The notes beneath the pieces were generated by a model. It did not search any database and was not told the origin of the DNA. It was given only the letters and a program-made list of their open reading frames with translations. The translations under genes were made by a program, and so were the position numbers. Below are positions 59,950 to 64,000 of a stretch of DNA of 64,000 bases, piece after piece. The first letter of the stretch is position 1; each line of letters starts with the position of its first letter. This stretch comes from Oculatellaceae cyanobacterium bins.114. GTDB taxonomy: Bacteria > Cyanobacteriota > Cyanobacteriia > Elainellales > Elainellaceae. The stretch is taken from positions 1 to 64,000 of the forward strand of contig JANRJA010000229.1 in assembly GCA_033764315.1 (NCBI GenBank), given 5' to 3'.

Positions 59950-60085
59950 GTAATGCTCCTCAACGAGGGAAAACGGAAAATTTAGGGGTGCGTAAACTAG
60001 ACCCGGATCGCATGAAGATACACTCCCTGCAAGAGCATTCGGCCAACTAGCCTGTGCAATGTCCGTGTCGATTGCTTACGCAGTG

Positions 60086-60128
60086 ATATTAGGGCTGTGA
60101 TTGACCGCTAATTGTATCCATTGATACA
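60086..60128 (-). promoter_or_regulatory. Canonical NtcA-activated promoter of urtA
   Basis: Minus strand TGTA-TCAATGGA-TACA (GTA-N8-TAC, 60127-60114), then exactly 22 nt, then TAATAT (-10; 60091-60086). Confidence 0.85.
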
Positions 60129-60161
60129 AAGAGTCAAGTCTTAAGTTTTTGTAAACCATCT

Positions 60162-60791
60162 TTAGGGTGAAATAGGCTGTGCGATCGGGGTGATTTTTCC
60201 CATGTGTAAGCGAATTAGATCGATGATGACTGGCAATCCTTCTTGAGTTTTTAAGTTAGTAAAAATAAATGGTTTGTCGCCTCGCATCTGGCGGGTGTCG
60301 CGATCCATCACTGACAAATCAGCCCCCACAAAAGGAGCCAAATCAATTTTATTAATTACGAGCAGGTCTGATTTTGTGATCCCTGGCCCCCCTTTGCGAG
60401 GAATTTTATCTCCGGCTGCGACATCAATGACATAAATAGTCAGGTCTACTAGCTCTGGGCTAAAGGTAGACGCCAGGTTGTCGCCACCACTTTCAACAAA
60501 CACCAGATCGAGGGTTTGAAAACGCTGTTCTAATTGCTCGATCGCTACGAGATTAATGGATGCGTCTTCTCGAATGGCCGTGTGAGGACATCCCCCTGTC
60601 TCAACGCCGACAATGCGATCGCGCTCTAATGCCTGACTGCGTACTAAAAACTGAGCATCTTCTTGGGTGTAAATGTCATTGGTGACAACAGCAATGTTGA
60701 ACTCGTCTCGCATGGCTTTACAGAGTCGATCCACTAATGCGGTTTTTCCTGACCCAACTGGACCTGCAATTCCGACTCGAAATGTGTGCAT
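60162..60791 (-). CDS. ureG: Urease accessory GTPase
   Basis: [28 protein letters not shown] and INKIDL motifs. Confidence 0.95.
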   Translation of the reverse strand: MHTFRVGIAGPVGSGKTALVDRLCKAMRDEFNIAVVTNDIYTQEDAQFLVRSQALERDRIVGVETGGCPHTAIREDASINLVAIEQLEQRFQTLDLVFVESGGDNLASTFSPELVDLTIYVIDVAAGDKIPRKGGPGITKSDLLVINKIDLAPFVGADLSVMDRDTRQMRGDKPFIFTNLKTQEGLPVIIDLIRLHMGKITPIAQPISP

Positions 60792-61219
60792 GTGCCTCTC
60801 AACTCGAATTTTAACTTTCCGTAAAACACAACCAGTTTTTCATCTGGATCTCTATCTAACGGCTCGTAAACATGAATTAGATAGGTAAATCGATAGGTTT
60901 GGGTATCACTCGCTTTGACGATGTAGAGACTGGTCTATCCCGTCATCCTAGAGATTCAAGCTTGAACTTTACTACAGTTACAGGCGTACAGTTACAGGCG
61001 ATCGCGCAGTTGTTTACAAGGTCATGGTGCTATGGAAACGTTAGCTTATCTATATTCCGTTACAGAGACAGAGCAATCGAGACCCGCTACACACTCTGAT
61101 GATGCTCATGCCTCTTTTTCTGACTCTACAGCTGTTGCTGACTCTGCCAACGACGCATCTTGTGAATTGCTGGAAGATCAGATCGACGAGTTAGAGCAGT
61201 CCATCGTCTGGATGATGCC

Positions 61220-61915
61220 CTAACTGCGAAAGAGGCGAGAGTACAACGTTTCGTGAGTCATGCTGGCGATCGCCACCCCCCAGCTACAACAGTCGAGTGC
61301 CTCGTCTGGCATGTCTAAAATCTCATCCACCGCTGCTACTAAGTGAGTGTGAAGGGCTAACCCCATCTGCTGTCCGGCGGTTTGCCCCAGCGGGATCAAT
61401 TTAACCCCTGCATTTACCAGGTTGGTTGCCCAACTCTGCAAATAGCCCAACAAAGCCGATCGACGGTCGATGTGCCAGTGAGCCGCGGCAATAGCAAAGG
61501 CGATCGCAAAATGACAGGGATTGCCGCCAGCATTGACGGGATCCCGCAATTGGGGATCAAGCTCCAGCAACAACCGAGTGAGCGATCGCCCCATTTGCCA
61601 GCTTTGCTCCCGTAGCTCTTCGGTTTCTCGAAAGGCCGAGAGCCATTGATTCCAGGTCTGCAAGCCAGCGAGATCGGCGTGTTGGACACAGTGATAGGCT
61701 CGCAGTGCGATCGCCGCCTCAACCCGGATCGCCCCATACCGTAACTCTTGCTCTAACCAGGCTTGCAGACGTGATGCATGGTCAATTTGACCCGCTTGAA
61801 CCAGAGTTTCTAACCCCTCAGAGTAGGTGTAGGCTCCTACTGGCAGAGCCGGACTGGTCAATTGCAGTAATCGTAATAAAGCATGGGGATCAGTCGTTAC
61901 TGCTCTAGGCTCCAT
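61220..61915 (-). CDS. ureF: Urease accessory protein
   Basis: [20 protein letters not shown] and [11 protein letters not shown] motifs; ATG at 61915, overlapping the ureE end, is preferred over 62038. Confidence 0.9.
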   Translation of the reverse strand: MEPRAVTTDPHALLRLLQLTSPALPVGAYTYSEGLETLVQAGQIDHASRLQAWLEQELRYGAIRVEAAIALRAYHCVQHADLAGLQTWNQWLSAFRETEELREQSWQMGRSLTRLLLELDPQLRDPVNAGGNPCHFAIAFAIAAAHWHIDRRSALLGYLQSWATNLVNAGVKLIPLGQTAGQQMGLALHTHLVAAVDEILDMPDEALDCCSWGVAIASMTHETLYSRLFRS

Positions 61916-62456
61916 GACGATGCTCTCCAGAAGTGGGTTTTTGAGGGGTGAATTCATCGTCTCCAGAGTATTCATGTCCAGAGTGTCCATGTCCAGAGTG
62001 TCCATCGTCTTCACTGGCTGCTCCGTGGCTGTGTCCATAGGCTCCGGTTTCGGGTTGAAAGGGTGCGATTTCTTCCATCACCTGTAAGCCCATTTGGTTT
62101 AACATCGATCGCAACACTGGATCGGGCGATAAACGTAAATAGGTTTCTGTAATCTCTAATGCGACATGCCGATTACCCAGGTGATAAGCTGCTTTTAGCA
62201 AGAGCAGAGATGTTGTAGCAGTGACCGTTAAAACGGGTTCAGGCTTGGCAACGACTTGAATCACTGAATTATGCTCTGGGGATCGCAATAAATCGCCGTG
62301 ATGGAGGACGCTCCCTCTAGGCAAATGTAAGTAGACCGCTTGACCCTCAGTTTCAAAATAATGGCGCGATCGCACCCGTTCATCGGCGGTCAGAGCCAGC
62401 ATAAAGTTGACGGTAATGTCTGAAGAATTGGGTATGCGCTGTGTGTAAGTCAACAT
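61905..62456 (-). CDS. ureE: Urease accessory Ni chaperone
   Basis: AAYHLGNRH and PFQPETGAY motifs; His-rich tail. Confidence 0.92.
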   Translation of the reverse strand: MLTYTQRIPNSSDITVNFMLALTADERVRSRHYFETEGQAVYLHLPRGSVLHHGDLLRSPEHNSVIQVVAKPEPVLTVTATTSLLLLKAAYHLGNRHVALEITETYLRLSPDPVLRSMLNQMGLQVMEEIAPFQPETGAYGHSHGAASEDDGHSGHGHSGHEYSGDDEFTPQKPTSGEHRHGA

Positions 62457-62592
62457 GATGCGACGGCAGACTGGGGCGATAGAAAAGGTTTATGGATTAT
62501 TTATCACAGTTCACACTGAGTTCAATTAGGTTAACCTGAAGCCCTCAGTTGAGCTATGTAATTTTGAACAGATATGCTACTCAGGTTTCACT

Positions 62593-62904
62593 ATGACAGT
62601 TGACGCTTTTCAGAAACTTTTGACGCAGACTCAAGCTCAGGTTTATCAGGGTTTAAGCTATCTCTTTGCAGATGCTTATGATGTGATTCGCTACGACTCT
62701 CATATGCATCGGTTGTTAGCAGAAGCCAATATTGACTGTCAAACTTATGTGACATTGCCTTGGCTCGACTACTGCAATCCCGTGTTAAAAGTGTGGACGA
62801 TTTTGGCGATGCAACACGACGGGTGGAAGGTTGTCAAACTTCCTAATCCCTTTTATCAAGAGACATCTGCGTGTGCAGGTGCAACGCTGAGAGAAGCGAT
62901 GTGA
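62593..62904 (+). CDS. Hypothetical protein
   Basis: 103-aa intergenic ORF; no family recognised. Confidence 0.4.
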   Translation: MTVDAFQKLLTQTQAQVYQGLSYLFADAYDVIRYDSHMHRLLAEANIDCQTYVTLPWLDYCNPVLKVWTILAMQHDGWKVVKLPNPFYQETSACAGATLREAM

Positions 62905-63025
62905 TGAATGGTGTGATGAACCGTGTGATGCGAGTTTATGAAGGTGATATACGCTTTAGAGCGCGATCGCCTCTAATCTCGCTCATGAGCTTTCTACCCA
63001 CACAGGAATAACGGCTGCGATGCTC

Positions 63026-63682
63026 TTACAAAACCCCTTTAGAACTGGGGATCGCCTGTGCCCGTCGAGGATCAATCTCGACTGCCATTCGTAGGGCACG
63101 GGCAAACGCCTTAAACGTCGCCTCAATAATGTGGTGAGAGTTGATGCCATCGAGTTGGCGAATGTGGAGCGTCATCTGAGCATGGTTGACGATCGCCACA
63201 AAAAACTCGCGCACTAGTTGAGTGTCGTAGGTGCCCACCCGTTGTGTGGGAATCTCTAAGCCATAGCTGAGGTGGGGTCGTCCTGAAAAGTCGAGTACCA
63301 CTTGCACCAACGCTTCATCTAGCGGGGCAACAAAGTGCCCAAAGCGGGTAATGCCTTTGCGATCGCCCAGGGCTTTTGCTAACGCTTGCCCCAAGGTGAT
63401 GCCCACATCTTCGTTGGTGTGGTGATCGTCAATGTGCAAGTCACCCGTTGCTCTGACCTCTAGATCAATCAACCCATGCGACGCAATCTGATCTAGCATG
63501 TGGTCTAAAAAGGGAACCCCTGTCGTGGCGGTACAACGTCCCTCACCGTCGAGATTGAGGCTGACCTGAACATCGGTTTCTTTGGTAGCGCGGCTCACCG
63601 ATGCGGTGCGAGTGGGAATCGTTAAATTTGAGGTGGATGAAAGGCTGTTGAGATCGGTTGAGCGAGTTTGCATGGCATTCAA
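63026..63682 (-). CDS. hisB: Imidazoleglycerol-phosphate dehydratase
   Basis: [22 protein letters not shown] and [12 protein letters not shown] motifs. Confidence 0.95.
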   Translation of the reverse strand: MNAMQTRSTDLNSLSSTSNLTIPTRTASVSRATKETDVQVSLNLDGEGRCTATTGVPFLDHMLDQIASHGLIDLEVRATGDLHIDDHHTNEDVGITLGQALAKALGDRKGITRFGHFVAPLDEALVQVVLDFSGRPHLSYGLEIPTQRVGTYDTQLVREFFVAIVNHAQMTLHIRQLDGINSHHIIEATFKAFARALRMAVEIDPRRAQAIPSSKGVL

Positions 63683-63866
63683 CGTGAACAGGAGTGTCCA
63701 TTTATTATCGCTTAAGGGCTACCGTGCATACAGATCCCGATGAGGTTGCTAGGAGCCTCACAAGATCCCCCTGCCTGCGGCATCCCCTTAAAAAGCTACG
63801 GTGTACACAGATCTCGGGTTGAGAGTTCAAAACCTGGCTCGATCCCCCTCAATCCCCCTTGAAAAG

Positions 63867-64000
63867 CAGGGTGGTTTCATTTAGGTGGAGGAAAGCCTTG
63901 GGTAAGGATCGCGTAAACCTGTTTGAGTTGGTTGGTGAGGGCACGCACTCCTTGAGGAATGGTGCGGAAGGCAAGCTGGCGGACAATGGAGATGAGAAAA
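63867..64000 (-). mobile_element. End of an ISAs1-family-like insertion sequence (transposase C-terminus plus terminal IR), truncated by the window edge
   Basis: Minus frame FLISIVRQLAFRTIPQGVRALTNQLKQVYAILTQGFPPPK*; the stop (63879-63877) falls inside the terminal sequence TGAAACCACCCTG, similar to ISAs1-type ends. Confidence 0.6.

Noticed and set aside
1-64000. Frequent GCGATCGC octamers as a novel repeat
   Set aside because: This is HIP1, a well-known cyanobacterial genome-wide palindrome.

Overview
Cyanobacterial chromosome segment (HIP1 GCGATCGC octamers throughout; urt/ure, hpt, group 2 sigma factor, NtcA box). It has two parts. (1) About 1-19.9 kb is an accessory island next to the 3' end of tRNA-Thr(UGU). 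Read on the minus strand from the tRNA it holds: a tyrosine integrase; a TIR-domain effector; a VMAP-like protein; a MoxR AAA+ ATPase; and a vWA-like (SAV_2336-type) protein ending in an FGE/C-type-lectin domain. Next comes a complete diversity-generating retroelement (Avd, RT, 116-bp TR) with three variable-repeat targets, one of which is that vWA-like protein, interleaved with about 10 REP-like palindromes and a GIY-YIG nuclease gene. Further left are a second, divergent tyrosine recombinase, RHH and excisionase-like genes, an HTH replication-initiator-like gene with internal 20-bp iteron-like repeats, and the start of a type I CRISPR-Cas operon (WYL, cas6, cas3) whose cas3 is interrupted by an IS4-like element. 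(2) About 20-64 kb is mostly housekeeping DNA (hpt, cobA, hemD, coaE, tldD, sigma factor, cysA, glcD, mutS2, 5'-nucleotidase, urtABCDE, ureEFG, hisB), with scattered REP/MITE-like repeats and the end of an ISAs1-like element at the right edge. All family assignments are by motif recognition only; no searches were run.
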